A stretch of 64,000 nt of DNA, from contig JALHQA010000005.1 of NCBI GenBank assembly GCA_022842205.1, positions 81,616 to 145,615 of the forward strand, in the 5' to 3' direction. Source of the stretch: Hyphomicrobiales bacterium (lineage in GTDB: Bacteria; Pseudomonadota; Alphaproteobacteria; Rhizobiales; Methylopilaceae). The notes beneath the pieces are model-generated. The model did not search any database. It saw only the letters and a list, made by a program, of their open reading frames with translations, and was not told the origin of the DNA. The first letter of the stretch is position 1. Each line of letters opens with the position of its first letter. Shown here in pieces: positions 36,465 to 48,414 of this stretch. The translations under genes and the position numbers were made by a program.

Positions 36465-38192
36465 TCAGTCCTCGTCCTTGTCGTCGGCGCGCTGCTTGAG
36501 CGCGGCGCCGAGAATGTCGCCGAGCGAAGCGCCGGAGTCGGAGGAGCCGTACTTCTCCATGGCTTCCTTCTCCTGCGCCACTTCCTGCGCCTTGATGGAG
36601 AGCGAGATCTTGCCGGTCTTCTTGTCGGCGGCGGTGACCCGGGCATCGACCTTCTGGCCGACCGAGAAGCGCTCGGGGCGCTGGTCGTTGCGGTCGCGGG
36701 CGAGATCGGCGCGGCGGATATAGGCGTTGGCGCCGCCATCCACGAGCTTGACCTCAAGACCGCCGTCCTGAACCTCGATGACTTCGACAGTGACGGTCGC
36801 GCCCTTCTTCAGCGCGCCGCCGGTCGCGGCCTCGGTGTCGGACACCGGGTTGCCGGACAGCTGCTTCACGCCGAGCGAGATGCGCTCCTTTTCGACGTCG
36901 ACATCGAGAACGACGGCCTTGACCATATCGCCCTTCTTGTAGTCCTCGATCGCCTGCTCGCCCGGACGGTTCCAGTCGAGGTCCGACAGATGGACCATGC
37001 CGTCGACATCGCCGTCGAGGCCGAGGAACAGGCCGAATTCGGTCTTGTTCTTGACCTCGCCTTCGACCTCGGTGCCGGGCTTGTACTTCTCCGCGAAGGC
37101 TTCCCACGGATTCTGCAGGGTCTGCTTGAGACCGAGCGAAATGCGGCGCTTCGACGAATCGACTTCCAGCACCTGCACGTCGACTTCCTGCGAGGAGGAG
37201 ACGATCTTGCCGGGATGGACGTTCTTCTTGGTCCACGACATTTCGGAAACGTGGATCAGGCCTTCGATGCCCGGCTCCAGTTCCACGAACGCGCCGTAGT
37301 CGGTGATGTTGGTGACGCGGCCCGTGAACTTCGTACCGACAGGGTACTTCGCTTCGATGCCTTCCCACGGATCGGCCAGCAGCTGCTTCATGCCGAGCGA
37401 GATGCGGTGCGTCTCGTGGTTGATCTTGATGATCTTCACCTTGACCGTCTGGCCGATGTTCAGCACTTCGGTCGGGTGATTGACGCGGCGCCAGGCGATG
37501 TCGGTGACATGCAGCAGGCCGTCAATACCGCCGAGATCGACGAACGCGCCGTAGTCGGTGATGTTCTTGACGACGCCGTCGATGACCTGACCCTCTTCGA
37601 GGTTCTGCACGAGTTCCTGACGCTGCTCGGCACGCGTCTCTTCAAGCACCGTGCGGCGCGAGACGACGATGTTGCCGCGGCGGCGGTCCATCTTCAGGAT
37701 CTGGAACGGCTGCGGAATGTTCATCAGCGGACCGACATCGCGCACCGGACGGATATCGACCTGGCTGCGCGGCAGGAAGGCCACCGCACCGTCGAGATCG
37801 ACGGTGTAACCACCCTTTACCTGGTTGAAGATGACGCCTTCGACCTTCTCGTTGGCGTTGAAGGCGACTTCGAGCTTGACCCAGCTCTCTTCGCGGCGGG
37901 CCTTGTCGCGGGAGATGACGGCTTCACCGAGCGCGTTTTCGATGCGCTCCAGGTAAACCTCGACTTCGTCTCCGACACTCAGGCCGTGATCGCGGCCGTG
38001 GCCGCCAAATTCGCGGAGCGCAACGCGCCCTTCGGTCTTCAGACCGACATCAATGACCGCGACATCCTTTTCGATCGCGGTAACGGTACCCTTGATGACC
38101 GCACCTTCGGCGAGATCCTGTTCGGCGAAGCTCTGTTCGAGAAGGGCGGCAAAATCGTCGTGGAGTTTGGTTTTGGTTGCGACAGCGTTCAT
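36465..38192 (-). CDS. rpsA: 30S ribosomal protein S1
   Basis: Six S1 repeats (for example 'GTVTAIEKDVAVIDVGLKTEG' and 'GRVTNITDYGAFVELEPGIEGLIHVSE'). The start was set at the internal ATG 38192. Confidence 0.95.
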   Translation of the reverse strand: MNAVATKTKLHDDFAALLEQSFAEQDLAEGAVIKGTVTAIEKDVAVIDVGLKTEGRVALREFGGHGRDHGLSVGDEVEVYLERIENALGEAVISRDKARREESWVKLEVAFNANEKVEGVIFNQVKGGYTVDLDGAVAFLPRSQVDIRPVRDVGPLMNIPQPFQILKMDRRRGNIVVSRRTVLEETRAEQRQELVQNLEEGQVIDGVVKNITDYGAFVDLGGIDGLLHVTDIAWRRVNHPTEVLNIGQTVKVKIIKINHETHRISLGMKQLLADPWEGIEAKYPVGTKFTGRVTNITDYGAFVELEPGIEGLIHVSEMSWTKKNVHPGKIVSSSQEVDVQVLEVDSSKRRISLGLKQTLQNPWEAFAEKYKPGTEVEGEVKNKTEFGLFLGLDGDVDGMVHLSDLDWNRPGEQAIEDYKKGDMVKAVVLDVDVEKERISLGVKQLSGNPVSDTEAATGGALKKGATVTVEVIEVQDGGLEVKLVDGGANAYIRRADLARDRNDQRPERFSVGQKVDARVTAADKKTGKISLSIKAQEVAQEKEAMEKYGSSDSGASLGDILGAALKQRADDKDED

Positions 38193-38357
38193 GTGGCGGC
38201 TAAGTCCTTCAGCACCGGCGGTTCGTGTTGCGATGCATCCCGGTCCGCTGAAAACAGGACCAAAGCCCCTCATTGAGGGCTTGCGGGCCGGCGCTCGGGT
38301 GGCGGGTCGGGACGCGGTTCAAAATCCGGAAAACGTGCGGGGCTGAATGGAGCCCTG

Positions 38358-38978
38358 TCAGGCAGCGGCGTCGACAATGGCGACAGCCGCCCGGAATGCG
38401 GCGTCTATATCCATTTTAGTGGTGTCGAGCAAGGTTGCATCCCCGGCCTGCCTGAGCGGCGAGGCCGGGCGGTTGATGTCCCGGTCGTCCCGGGCGCGGA
38501 TATCGGCCAGCACCTCGTCATAGGAGATGGGGTCGCCCCGGCCGGCGAGCTCGGTGTGGCGGCGGCGGGCCCGCTCTTCGGCCGACGCGGTGACGAAAAG
38601 CTTAACGTCGGCATCGGGGCAGATGACGGTGCCGATATCGCGCCCGTCGAGCACGGCGCCCTCGGGCCGGGCGGCGAAGGCGCGCTGAAGCTGGACCAGG
38701 GCGGCGCGGACGCCCGGAAAGGCCGCGACCTTGGAGGCGGCCTCGCCCATCGGGGCACCGCGGAGCTTTTCGTCGTCCAGCTGGTCGACATCGAGCTTGC
38801 GGGCGGCGATGACGGCTCCCGCCTCGTCGGTCAGCGGTTTACCGGTCTGGACAAGTTCGTAGGCGACCGCGCGGTAGAGCAGGCCGGTGTCGAGATGGGC
38901 GAGGCCGTAATGCGCGGCGAGGCGCTTGCCGAGCGTGCCCTTGCCCGACGCGGCGGGTCCGTCGATGGCTATTATCAT
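38358..38978 (-). CDS. cmk: cytidylate kinase
   Basis: Has the '[16 protein letters not shown]' P-loop. The conserved rpsA-cmk-aroA order supports the call. Confidence 0.9.
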   Translation of the reverse strand: MIIAIDGPAASGKGTLGKRLAAHYGLAHLDTGLLYRAVAYELVQTGKPLTDEAGAVIAARKLDVDQLDDEKLRGAPMGEAASKVAAFPGVRAALVQLQRAFAARPEGAVLDGRDIGTVICPDADVKLFVTASAEERARRRHTELAGRGDPISYDEVLADIRARDDRDINRPASPLRQAGDATLLDTTKMDIDAAFRAAVAIVDAAA

Positions 38979-38988
38979 GGGGCAATGA

Positions 38989-40977
<1,989 letters not shown>

Positions 40978-40983
40978 TCACGT

Positions 40984-41059
<76 letters not shown>

Positions 41060-41222
41060 AATTTCCTGCTTTCAATCGTTAGGTGCAGCCGGTAGCGGTT
41101 GCTCGGACCCGGCCATTACGAGCGGGTGGAAAAGCCGGAAGCCGCCTGACGGACGCCCGGCGCGCAATATTTCCGAAATTTTCCTCAGTTCTGCTCGCTG
41201 CCCCAGGCATCCTGCGGGGACG

Positions 41223-41251
41223 CTTGCGGCCGGCTCCCTCTCTCCCCATTT
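41223..41251 (+). promoter_or_regulatory. sigma32 (RpoH)-type heat-shock promoter for hsp20
   Basis: 'CTTG'(41223-41226)-N17-'CCCCATTTA'(41244-41252) fits the CTTG / CCCCATNTA consensus. It lies about 70 nt upstream of the hsp20 ATG. Confidence 0.55.
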
Positions 41252-41322
41252 ATCGTTCACGCGGTATGCCCATCCGGGGTCCCGCTCTGCGAAGCCGCTT
41301 CAAGGGAGGGCTTTGGACAACG

Positions 41323-41763
41323 ATGACGCGACTGATTGCGAGCCCGCTGCTTCTGGGCTTCGACGAAATCGAGCGGACCATCGGTCGTCTGTCAAAAGCG
41401 GGCGACGGCTATCCTCCCTATAATGTGGAACGCATCCAGGCCTCGGACGCTGTACCGGAACGGCTCAGGATCACTTTGGCCGTCGCGGGATTCACAGCGG
41501 AGCAACTTGGCATCACTCTTGAAGAGGGGAAGCTGGTGATTCGCGGGCGTCAAACCGATGAGGGGGAGCGTATCTTCCTTCATCGCGGTATCGCGGCACG
41601 CCAGTTTCAGCGCGTGTTCGTGCTGGCCGAGGGGATGGAGGTCCTGAGTGCGGATCTCGCTCTGGGCCTGCTTGAGGTCGAGCTTGCGCGGCCGGCGCCC
41701 GACAGCGCGGTGCGCAGGATCGAGATTACGACCCGTCTCGAGACGGGCGAGAGAGGTGAGTGA
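41323..41763 (+). CDS. Hsp20/alpha-crystallin family small heat-shock protein
   Basis: Contains 'YPPYNVERIQASDAVPERLRITLAVAGFTAEQLGITLEEGKLVIRGRQ...FLHRGIAARQFQRVFVLAEGMEV'. Confidence 0.9.
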   Translation: MTRLIASPLLLGFDEIERTIGRLSKAGDGYPPYNVERIQASDAVPERLRITLAVAGFTAEQLGITLEEGKLVIRGRQTDEGERIFLHRGIAARQFQRVFVLAEGMEVLSADLALGLLEVELARPAPDSAVRRIEITTRLETGERGE

Positions 41764-41764
41764 C

Positions 41765-42019
41765 ATGATTGACAAAGCTGTGCCTGCCATCACGACGGAC
41801 GAACTCGCCGGTCTCGGCGGGGGCAAGCTCGCCTATGTGAAGACGATGCTGTCCGAAGAGATCAACCGCCTGTTTCCGCAGGCGCCCGATCTCGAGCCCG
41901 GCCTGAAGCTGTTCGCGCTGCTCGGCGCCGACGGCACGCCCATCCTTGTGACGGACTCCGAAGAGGCCGCGATCGCCAATGCATGGGAAAACGAGCTGGA
42001 GACCGTGAGCCTCCACTAA
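41765..42019 (+). CDS. DUF1150-family protein
   Basis: 84 aa, 'LAYVKTMLSEEINRLFPQAP...LFALLGADGTPILVTDSEEAAIANAWENELETVSLH'. This is the usual partner downstream of hsp20 in alphaproteobacteria. Confidence 0.7.
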   Translation: MIDKAVPAITTDELAGLGGGKLAYVKTMLSEEINRLFPQAPDLEPGLKLFALLGADGTPILVTDSEEAAIANAWENELETVSLH

Positions 42020-42025
42020 GCCTGT

Positions 42026-42816
42026 CTACCTGCCCGCGAGCGCGGGCAGGTCGGTGAGAAAAGTATCCCGCGCGATCATCCCGCCATAGATTTTGGATGG
42101 CTTGTCGCCCAGAAACATCCGCGCGAAGACAAGCGTGCGACCGTCCTTTTCGGCCCAGCCGACGAACCAGCCGAGCGGGCGGCTGCGGTCCAGCTTCCCG
42201 TCCGCCCCGCGCAGCCATCGCTGCCGGTCTTGCCTCGGACCTTCCAGTCTCCCGCCTGAAATTCCGGCATGATGCGCGCCGTCATGTCGTAGGCGTGGTT
42301 CGAGACCGGCAGTTTGCGGTTCAGCATTTTCACGAGAAACGCGGCCTGCTCGTCCGGTGAAATCGCGAGCGAGGAACTCAGCCAGGCGCGCGTCAGCCCG
42401 TTGTTCTTGCCCGGATCGCCCGACACATCGGCGTTGCCGTAACCGAAATCCGCGACATAGGCGGCGAAACCCTTCTCGCCGAGCTTGCGTGTCAGCTCCT
42501 GCGAGAACCAGACGACCGAAATCTTCTCCCAGCTCGCCGGATCGTGCGCCGTCTTTTCCTCGTCGCGGAAACCGCCGAACTCGGGTTTGTAGTCCCAGCG
42601 CGGCGTATGCTCATCGACAAGAATGCCGCTGTCATAACCCATCAGGGCGAGCGGCAGCTTGAACGAGGATTGCGGCGCGAGGCGGCGGTCGCAGATGCCC
42701 TCGCGCATCAGCGTTTCAGATGTCTGTACATCGACGATGACGGTGCAGGTCTCTTCGGCAAAAGCCGCGGTGGCGCAGGCAATGATTGCACAGGCGGCGG
42801 CAGCAACGGCACGCAT
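42026..42816 (-). pseudogene. class D (OXA-like) beta-lactamase gene with a 1-nt frameshift after the KTG motif
   Basis: The signal peptide and motifs 'SSFK' (SxxK), 'SVV', 'YGN' and 'KTG' lie in the 42076..42816 frame. The conserved C-terminus 'WLRGADGKLDRSRPLGWFVGWAEKDGRTLVFARMF...ALAGR*' is in a different frame and ends at 42026. The frame switch is at about 42216-42222. Confidence 0.7.
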
Positions 42817-42840
42817 GAAAAACTCCGAAATGGCTTGGTG

Positions 42841-43914
42841 TCAGCTTTCGCCGAGCAGGCGGCCGACGACCTTGGCGGTGTAATCCACCATCGGCACGAC
42901 GCGGGCATAATTGAGGCGGGTTGGCCCGATGACGCCGACAACGCCGACAATGTTCTGACGCCCGTCGCGGAAGGGCGCGGCGATCATCGACGAGCCGGAC
43001 AGCGAGAACAGCTTGTTTTCCGAACCGATGAAAATCCGCACGCCGTCGGCGTTTTCGGCGCGGCCGAGCAGATCGACCACGTCCTTCTTGCCCTCGAGAT
43101 CGTCGAGCAGAAGGCGCACGCGCTCGAGATCCTCGATGGCTTTCAGGTCCTCCAGAAGATTGGCCTGGCCGCGCACGATGAGCTGGCGCTCGGTGCCCTC
43201 GCCCCAGCTCGCAAGCCCCGCGTCGACGAGCTGCGCGGTGATGGCGTCGAGCTCGGTGCGCGCCATTTCGCGGGCGCGTTCGATGTCCATGCGCACCTCG
43301 GCCAATGTGCGGCCGGCGATGCGCGCGTTCAGATAATTCGTTGCCTCGATCAACGCCGATGCCGGGAGACCGGGCGGCAGCGGCAGGACACGGTTTTCGA
43401 CCGAACCGTCCTGGCTGACGAGAATGACGAGGCCGCGGCGCGGTTCGAGCTGCACGAACTCGATATGCTTCAGCCGCGCGTCCTGTTTCGATGTCAGTAC
43501 GACGCCGGCGCCGCGCGAGAGACCGGAGAGAAGCTGTCCCGCTTCGCCAAGCACGTCCTCGAACGAGCGCGGACGGCCGGAGCCCGCGACCTTGGCTTCG
43601 ATGGCCTGGCGCTCGGCCTCCGACACCTCGCCGATTTCCAGCATGGCGTCGACGAAGAAGCGCAGGCCCAGTTCGGTCGGCAGACGGCCGGCGGAGGTGT
43701 GCGGTGCCTGGATGAGGCCAAGCGCTTCAAGATCGGACATGACATTGCGCACGGAGGCCGGCGACAGCGGCGCGGAGAGACCGCGCGCGATGTTGCGCGA
43801 TCCGACCGGCTCGCCGGTCGCGAGATAGGCGTCGACGATCTGCCGGAAGATGTCGCGCGAACGTGCGTTCAGCGCGGGCAGGCCATGGCCGGACGTGGAT
43901 ATGCGGTCGATCAC
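42841..43914 (-). CDS. hrcA: heat-inducible transcription repressor HrcA
   Basis: Contains '[30 protein letters not shown]' and '[15 protein letters not shown]'. The GTG start at 43914 gives 357 aa. The start is uncertain. Confidence 0.88.
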   Translation of the reverse strand: MIDRISTSGHGLPALNARSRDIFRQIVDAYLATGEPVGSRNIARGLSAPLSPASVRNVMSDLEALGLIQAPHTSAGRLPTELGLRFFVDAMLEIGEVSEAERQAIEAKVAGSGRPRSFEDVLGEAGQLLSGLSRGAGVVLTSKQDARLKHIEFVQLEPRRGLVILVSQDGSVENRVLPLPPGLPASALIEATNYLNARIAGRTLAEVRMDIERAREMARTELDAITAQLVDAGLASWGEGTERQLIVRGQANLLEDLKAIEDLERVRLLLDDLEGKKDVVDLLGRAENADGVRIFIGSENKLFSLSGSSMIAAPFRDGRQNIVGVVGVIGPTRLNYARVVPMVDYTAKVVGRLLGES

Positions 43915-44048
43915 CGGGCGAATGTCATGCGCCGGGGCCCGGCAATCAAGCCTTGGCGGCATCCCCTCCCAAGGTTGTACCCGGCTGAACCGCATGGCAT
44001 TTATGGCCGGAAGGCTGCCGCCTTGGATAAGGCGCGGCGGGAAGGGGT

Positions 44049-45077
44049 ATGGAAGTGATCGCTGCCGGAGTTCGCTCCCTGGCCGGCTTTCTTGCGGTTG
44101 CCTGCCTGCTGGCCACACCCGCCGCCGCGCAGGGCATGCCCGATATGCCGTTTTTCCGCATCGGCACCGGCGGCACGGCCGGCACCTATTTCGCTGTCGG
44201 CGGCCTCATCGCAAATGCGATCTCGAACCCCGCTGGAAGCCGCCCCTGCAACGAGGGCGGCGCGTGCGGCGTACCCGGACTGGTGGCGATCGCGATCGCA
44301 GCCAATGGCTCGGTCGCCAATGTGACCGACATCCAGGCCGGGCGGCTGGAAGCCGGGCTGGCCCAGTCCGACGTCGCCTACTGGGCAATGAACGGCACCG
44401 GGTCCTTCGACAGCCGCCCCCCGGCGCGGGATCTGCGCGCCATCGCCTATCTTTATCCGGAGGCGGTGCATCTGGTCGTGCGCAAGGGTTCTGGCATCCG
44501 CTCGGTCGCCGATCTCAAGGGCAAGCGGGTGTCGCTCGACGAGCCTGGCTCGGGCACGCTCGCCGACGCCCGCCTCGTCCTCGGCGCCTTCGACCTCACC
44601 GAACGCGACCTGAAGGCCGAATATCTGAAACCGCCGGACGCCGGCGCCAGGCTCGAGGCGGGGGAAATCGACGCGTTTTTCTTTGTCGGCGGCTGGCCGG
44701 TTCCGGCGATCGCCGAGCTTGCCGAACGCATCGACATCGACATCGTGCCGATCAGCGGCGGGCAGGCCGAGCAGCGCCTGACACGCTATTCCTTCTTCTC
44801 GTTCGAGCGGGTTCCCGAAGGAACCTATCGCGGCGTGCCGGCGCTTTCGACCGTCAGCGTTGGCGCCCTCCTGATCACCAGCGCAAAACAGGAGGAGGAA
44901 CTGATCCACGGCGTCGCCAAGGCGCTGTGGAATGTCAATACGCGCGCGCTGCTCGACACCGGCCACGCCAAAGGCCGCGACATACGGCGCGACCGGGCCT
45001 TGAAAAACCTCGTGATTCCGCTGCATCCCGGCGCCGAGCGCTATTATCGGGAAGCCGGGCTCATGCTGCCCCGCTGA
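44049..45077 (+). CDS. TAXI-family TRAP transporter solute-binding protein (copy 1)
   Basis: The signal peptide is followed by '[25 protein letters not shown]' and '[35 protein letters not shown]'. Confidence 0.85.
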   Translation: MEVIAAGVRSLAGFLAVACLLATPAAAQGMPDMPFFRIGTGGTAGTYFAVGGLIANAISNPAGSRPCNEGGACGVPGLVAIAIAANGSVANVTDIQAGRLEAGLAQSDVAYWAMNGTGSFDSRPPARDLRAIAYLYPEAVHLVVRKGSGIRSVADLKGKRVSLDEPGSGTLADARLVLGAFDLTERDLKAEYLKPPDAGARLEAGEIDAFFFVGGWPVPAIAELAERIDIDIVPISGGQAEQRLTRYSFFSFERVPEGTYRGVPALSTVSVGALLITSAKQEEELIHGVAKALWNVNTRALLDTGHAKGRDIRRDRALKNLVIPLHPGAERYYREAGLMLPR

Positions 45078-45196
45078 GGAACCCTTGGGACCCGCCATTG
45101 GTTTAACGTCTTAAGGGTTGATCTTCGGGGAAGGGCCGAGCGAACATCGGGCTTCGCAGCCGGCTCCGGAGAGAACCGGCAGGCAGGGAGGTCCAG

Positions 45197-46216
45197 ATGA
45201 GCTTTGTCTTCAGTATTCGTCGTCTTGCAATCGGTGCGGCCGTGGCCGCCGCCACCGTGGGTGCAGGCCTCGCGGTCGCGCAGGACATGAAATTCTTCCG
45301 CATCGGCACCGGCGGCACGGCCGGAACGTATTTTCCGATCGGCGGCCTGATTGCCAATGCGATCTCCAGCCCGCCCGGTTCGCGTGAGTGCGACAAGGGC
45401 GGCTCGTGCGGCGTGCCCGGCCTGATCGCAACGGCCGTTGCGACCAACGCCTCGGTCGCCAACATCAACGCCATCAAGGGCGGCTCGCTGGAAGCGGGCT
45501 TCACCCAGTCCGATGTGGCCTACTGGGCCTCCACCGGCACCGGCGTGTTCGACGGCAAGGGCAAGGACGAGGATCTGGTGGCGATCGCCAACCTCTATCC
45601 CGAGACGATCCATCTCGTCGCCCGCAAGGGAGCCGGCATCAAGTCGGTGGCGGACCTCAAGGGCAAGCGCGTCTCGCTCGACGAGCCGGGATCCGGCACG
45701 CTGATCGACGCCAAGCTCATCCTCAGTGCGTATGGACTGACGGAAAACGATGTCGAAGCCGAATATCTGAAGCCCAACGCGGCCGGTGACCGGCTGCGCG
45801 ACAACGCCCTCGACGCATTGTTCTTCGTCGGCGGCTATCCGGTCGGCGCGATCGTCGAACTCGCGACGTCGGCCGGCGTGGAACTCGTGCCGCTCAACGG
45901 GCCCGAGATCGACAAGCTGCTTTCCGAGAACAAGTTCTTCGCCAAGGACAACGTTCCGGCCAACACCTACGAGGGCCAGAGCGCGGCCGTACCGACGATT
46001 TCGGTCAACGCCATTCTGGTGACATCGAAGAAGCAGGATGACGAACTCATCTACAACATCACCAAGGCGCTGTGGAACGACAACACACGCAAGCTGCTCG
46101 ATTCAGGCCACGCCAAGGGCAAGCTGATCAACAAGGAAACGGCCACCGACGGTGTCGGCATCGCGCTGCATCCCGGCGCCGAGAAATTCTACAAGGAAGC
46201 CGGACTTCTGAAGTAA
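45197..46216 (+). CDS. TAXI-family TRAP transporter solute-binding protein (copy 2, paralog)
   Basis: Contains '[25 protein letters not shown]' and '[35 protein letters not shown]'. It is collinear with copy 1 along its whole length. Confidence 0.85.
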   Translation: MSFVFSIRRLAIGAAVAAATVGAGLAVAQDMKFFRIGTGGTAGTYFPIGGLIANAISSPPGSRECDKGGSCGVPGLIATAVATNASVANINAIKGGSLEAGFTQSDVAYWASTGTGVFDGKGKDEDLVAIANLYPETIHLVARKGAGIKSVADLKGKRVSLDEPGSGTLIDAKLILSAYGLTENDVEAEYLKPNAAGDRLRDNALDALFFVGGYPVGAIVELATSAGVELVPLNGPEIDKLLSENKFFAKDNVPANTYEGQSAAVPTISVNAILVTSKKQDDELIYNITKALWNDNTRKLLDSGHAKGKLINKETATDGVGIALHPGAEKFYKEAGLLK

Positions 46217-46226
46217 GGGCATCAGG

Positions 46227-46255
46227 CACCCCCGGCTCAGGCCGGGGGTGTTTTT
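46227..46255 (+). terminator. intrinsic terminator/attenuator hairpin between the binding-protein and permease genes
   Basis: 'cacccccggc tcag gccgggggtg ttttt' has a perfect 10-bp stem and a T5 tract. It lies 11 nt after the copy-2 stop and about 25 nt before the permease start. Confidence 0.6.
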
Positions 46256-46280
46256 CGATCGGATGGCTGAGAGGTGCGGC

Positions 46281-48317
46281 ATGGCCGGGATGGAACTCAA
46301 TGAAGAGGAAGCCAGGCGCCTCGAGGAAAAGTTCGACCCGGAGATACGCTTCAGACCGCTGACGCCATTCGCGAACTGGATCGTCGGCAGCGCGCTGGTC
46401 GCCCTGTCTCTCTTCCATTACTACACGGCCGGATTCGGCCTTTTGTCGGAGATGGTCCACCGCGGCATCCATCTCGCCTTCGTCACGGCGCTCGTTTTTC
46501 TCGTCTTCCCCATTTTCAAGCGCGGCTACGAACAGCCGGCGGCATCCTCCCTTCTGCGGCCGCTCGGCATTCCCTTCTACGACTGGATTCTGGCGGTCGG
46601 CGCGGTTGTCGCGGTGCTTCACGTGCCGCTCATTCCGCTGTCCGAGCTCGCATTCCGTGTCGGCAATCCAACCCAGACCGACGTCATTCTCGGCGGCGTT
46701 CTGATCGTCTGTCTGCTCGAGGCGGTGCGCCGTTCGGTCGGCTGGCCGCTACCGGTCATCGCCATCCTCTTCATGGCCTATGCGCTGTACGGACAGCATA
46801 TGCCGGGCATTCTCGTCCATCCCGGCGCGAGCGTGTCGAACCTCGTCAACCATCTCTACCTGACGACCCAGGGCATTTACGGCATCGCGCTCGGCGTTGT
46901 CGCGACCTATGTGTTCCACTTCGTGCTGTTCGGCGTCTGCGCGACGCGCATCGGCCTTGGCCAGCTCTTCCTCGACTGCGCGGCCTGGGTCGCGGGCCGC
47001 TTTGCCGGCGGGCCGGCCAAAATCTCAATCTTCGGCTCGGGGCTGTTCGGCATGATCTCGGGCTCGTCCGTCGCCAATACGGTGACGGTTGGTTCGCTGA
47101 CCATTCCGGCGATGATCCGCATGGGCTACCGGCGCGAATTCGCCGCGGCTGTCGAAGCGACGTCGTCGACCGGCGGCCAGATAACGCCGCCGATCATGGG
47201 CGCCGCCGCCTTCCTGATGATCGAGTTTCTGGGCCTGCCCTATACGACGATCATTCTTGCCGCCATCGTGCCGGCCTTCATGCACTTCTTCGGCGTTTTC
47301 ATGCAGGTGCATTTCGAAGCGAAGAAGCAGGGCATGCGCGGCATGACGCGCGAGGAAATGCCGGACCTGAAAGCCGCGTTCGCGCGCGACTGGCCGACAG
47401 TCATCCCGCTCGTCGTGCTCGTATGGATGCTGATCGCGGGCTACACGCCCTATCTCGCGGCGTTCTGGGGCATCACGCTGTGCGTGGCGGTCGGCCTGCT
47501 CAATCCGCGCCGCCGCATGAAGCCGATCGAGATCTTCGACATCCTGCGAGACGGCGCGAAATATGCGCTGGCGGTCGGCGTTGCCGCCGCGACGGTCGGC
47601 ATCGTCGTCGGTGTCGTTACGCTGACAGGCGTCGGCTTCAAGATCAGCTTCATCGTGACCTCGACCGCAAATGATATCGCGATGGCGGTCGGAACGTTCG
47701 TTCCGCAATGGCTTCTCGCGCCGGCCACGCTCTCGCTGCTGTTCACCCTGATCCTGACCGGCATTGTGTGCATACTGATGGGCTGCGGCATCCCGACGAC
47801 CGCGAACTACATCATCATGGTCACGATCGCGGCGCCAACACTCGGCCTGCTCGGCATCGAGCCGATCGTCGCGCATTTCTTCGTGTTCTATTACGGGGTG
47901 CTGGCCGACATTACGCCGCCGGTGGCGCTCGCGGCCTATGCGGCGGCGGGCATGGCGGCAGCCGATCCGTTCAGGACCGGCAATATCGCGTTCCGGCTCG
48001 GCATGGGCAAGGTTCTGGTGCCCTTCGTCTTCGTGTTCTCGCCGGCCTTGCTGCTCGTCACGCAGGACTTCACGTGGTCAGCCTTCCTGACCGCCTTCAT
48101 CGGCACGATCATCGGAATCACGTTCCTGTCGGCGGCGTTCGCCGGCTGGATGCTGACCCACATGGCGGCCTGGGAAAGGGCGCTGATAGCGGTCTCGGCC
48201 ATGCTTCTGGTGGCGCCGGAGATCTATTCGTCGGTGGCCGGTTTCGTGCTCGCCCTGCCCGTCCTGCTGCGGCAGTACGCGGCCTGGCGTGGCTTGCCGG
48301 AGAGTACCGCTGCTTAA
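46281..48317 (+). CDS. TRAP transporter fused (DctQ/M-like) permease, TAXI-associated type
   Basis: A polytopic membrane protein of about 678 aa directly downstream of the TAXI binding proteins. The start is ambiguous (46248, 46281 or 46290); 46281 follows 'gagagg'. Confidence 0.85.
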   Translation: MAGMELNEEEARRLEEKFDPEIRFRPLTPFANWIVGSALVALSLFHYYTAGFGLLSEMVHRGIHLAFVTALVFLVFPIFKRGYEQPAASSLLRPLGIPFYDWILAVGAVVAVLHVPLIPLSELAFRVGNPTQTDVILGGVLIVCLLEAVRRSVGWPLPVIAILFMAYALYGQHMPGILVHPGASVSNLVNHLYLTTQGIYGIALGVVATYVFHFVLFGVCATRIGLGQLFLDCAAWVAGRFAGGPAKISIFGSGLFGMISGSSVANTVTVGSLTIPAMIRMGYRREFAAAVEATSSTGGQITPPIMGAAAFLMIEFLGLPYTTIILAAIVPAFMHFFGVFMQVHFEAKKQGMRGMTREEMPDLKAAFARDWPTVIPLVVLVWMLIAGYTPYLAAFWGITLCVAVGLLNPRRRMKPIEIFDILRDGAKYALAVGVAAATVGIVVGVVTLTGVGFKISFIVTSTANDIAMAVGTFVPQWLLAPATLSLLFTLILTGIVCILMGCGIPTTANYIIMVTIAAPTLGLLGIEPIVAHFFVFYYGVLADITPPVALAAYAAAGMAAADPFRTGNIAFRLGMGKVLVPFVFVFSPALLLVTQDFTWSAFLTAFIGTIIGITFLSAAFAGWMLTHMAAWERALIAVSAMLLVAPEIYSSVAGFVLALPVLLRQYAAWRGLPESTAA

Positions 48318-48414
48318 ATAACTTGATTTATATGTAATATACTAAAGACAGCAAATTATATCTGGTAATTATCTCCGATCCACCCTATATGCCGGTGATC
48401 TGGAGGACATTTCC

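Noticed and set aside
41060-41322. tRNA-Ala as an integration site for a genomic island, and a ROSE RNA thermometer in the hsp20 leader.
   Set aside because: There is no integrase, no tRNA 3'-end direct repeat and no compositional shift downstream of the tRNA. The canonical ROSE hairpin with the bulged G opposite the SD is not visible; only a weak 6-bp anti-SD pairing is present.
43915-44048. A CIRCE element or sigma32 promoter upstream of hrcA.
   Set aside because: No 'ttagcactc-N9-gagtgctaa'-like inverted repeat is present, and there is no acceptable CTTG-N17-CCCCAT/CYTAT match on the hrcA strand.
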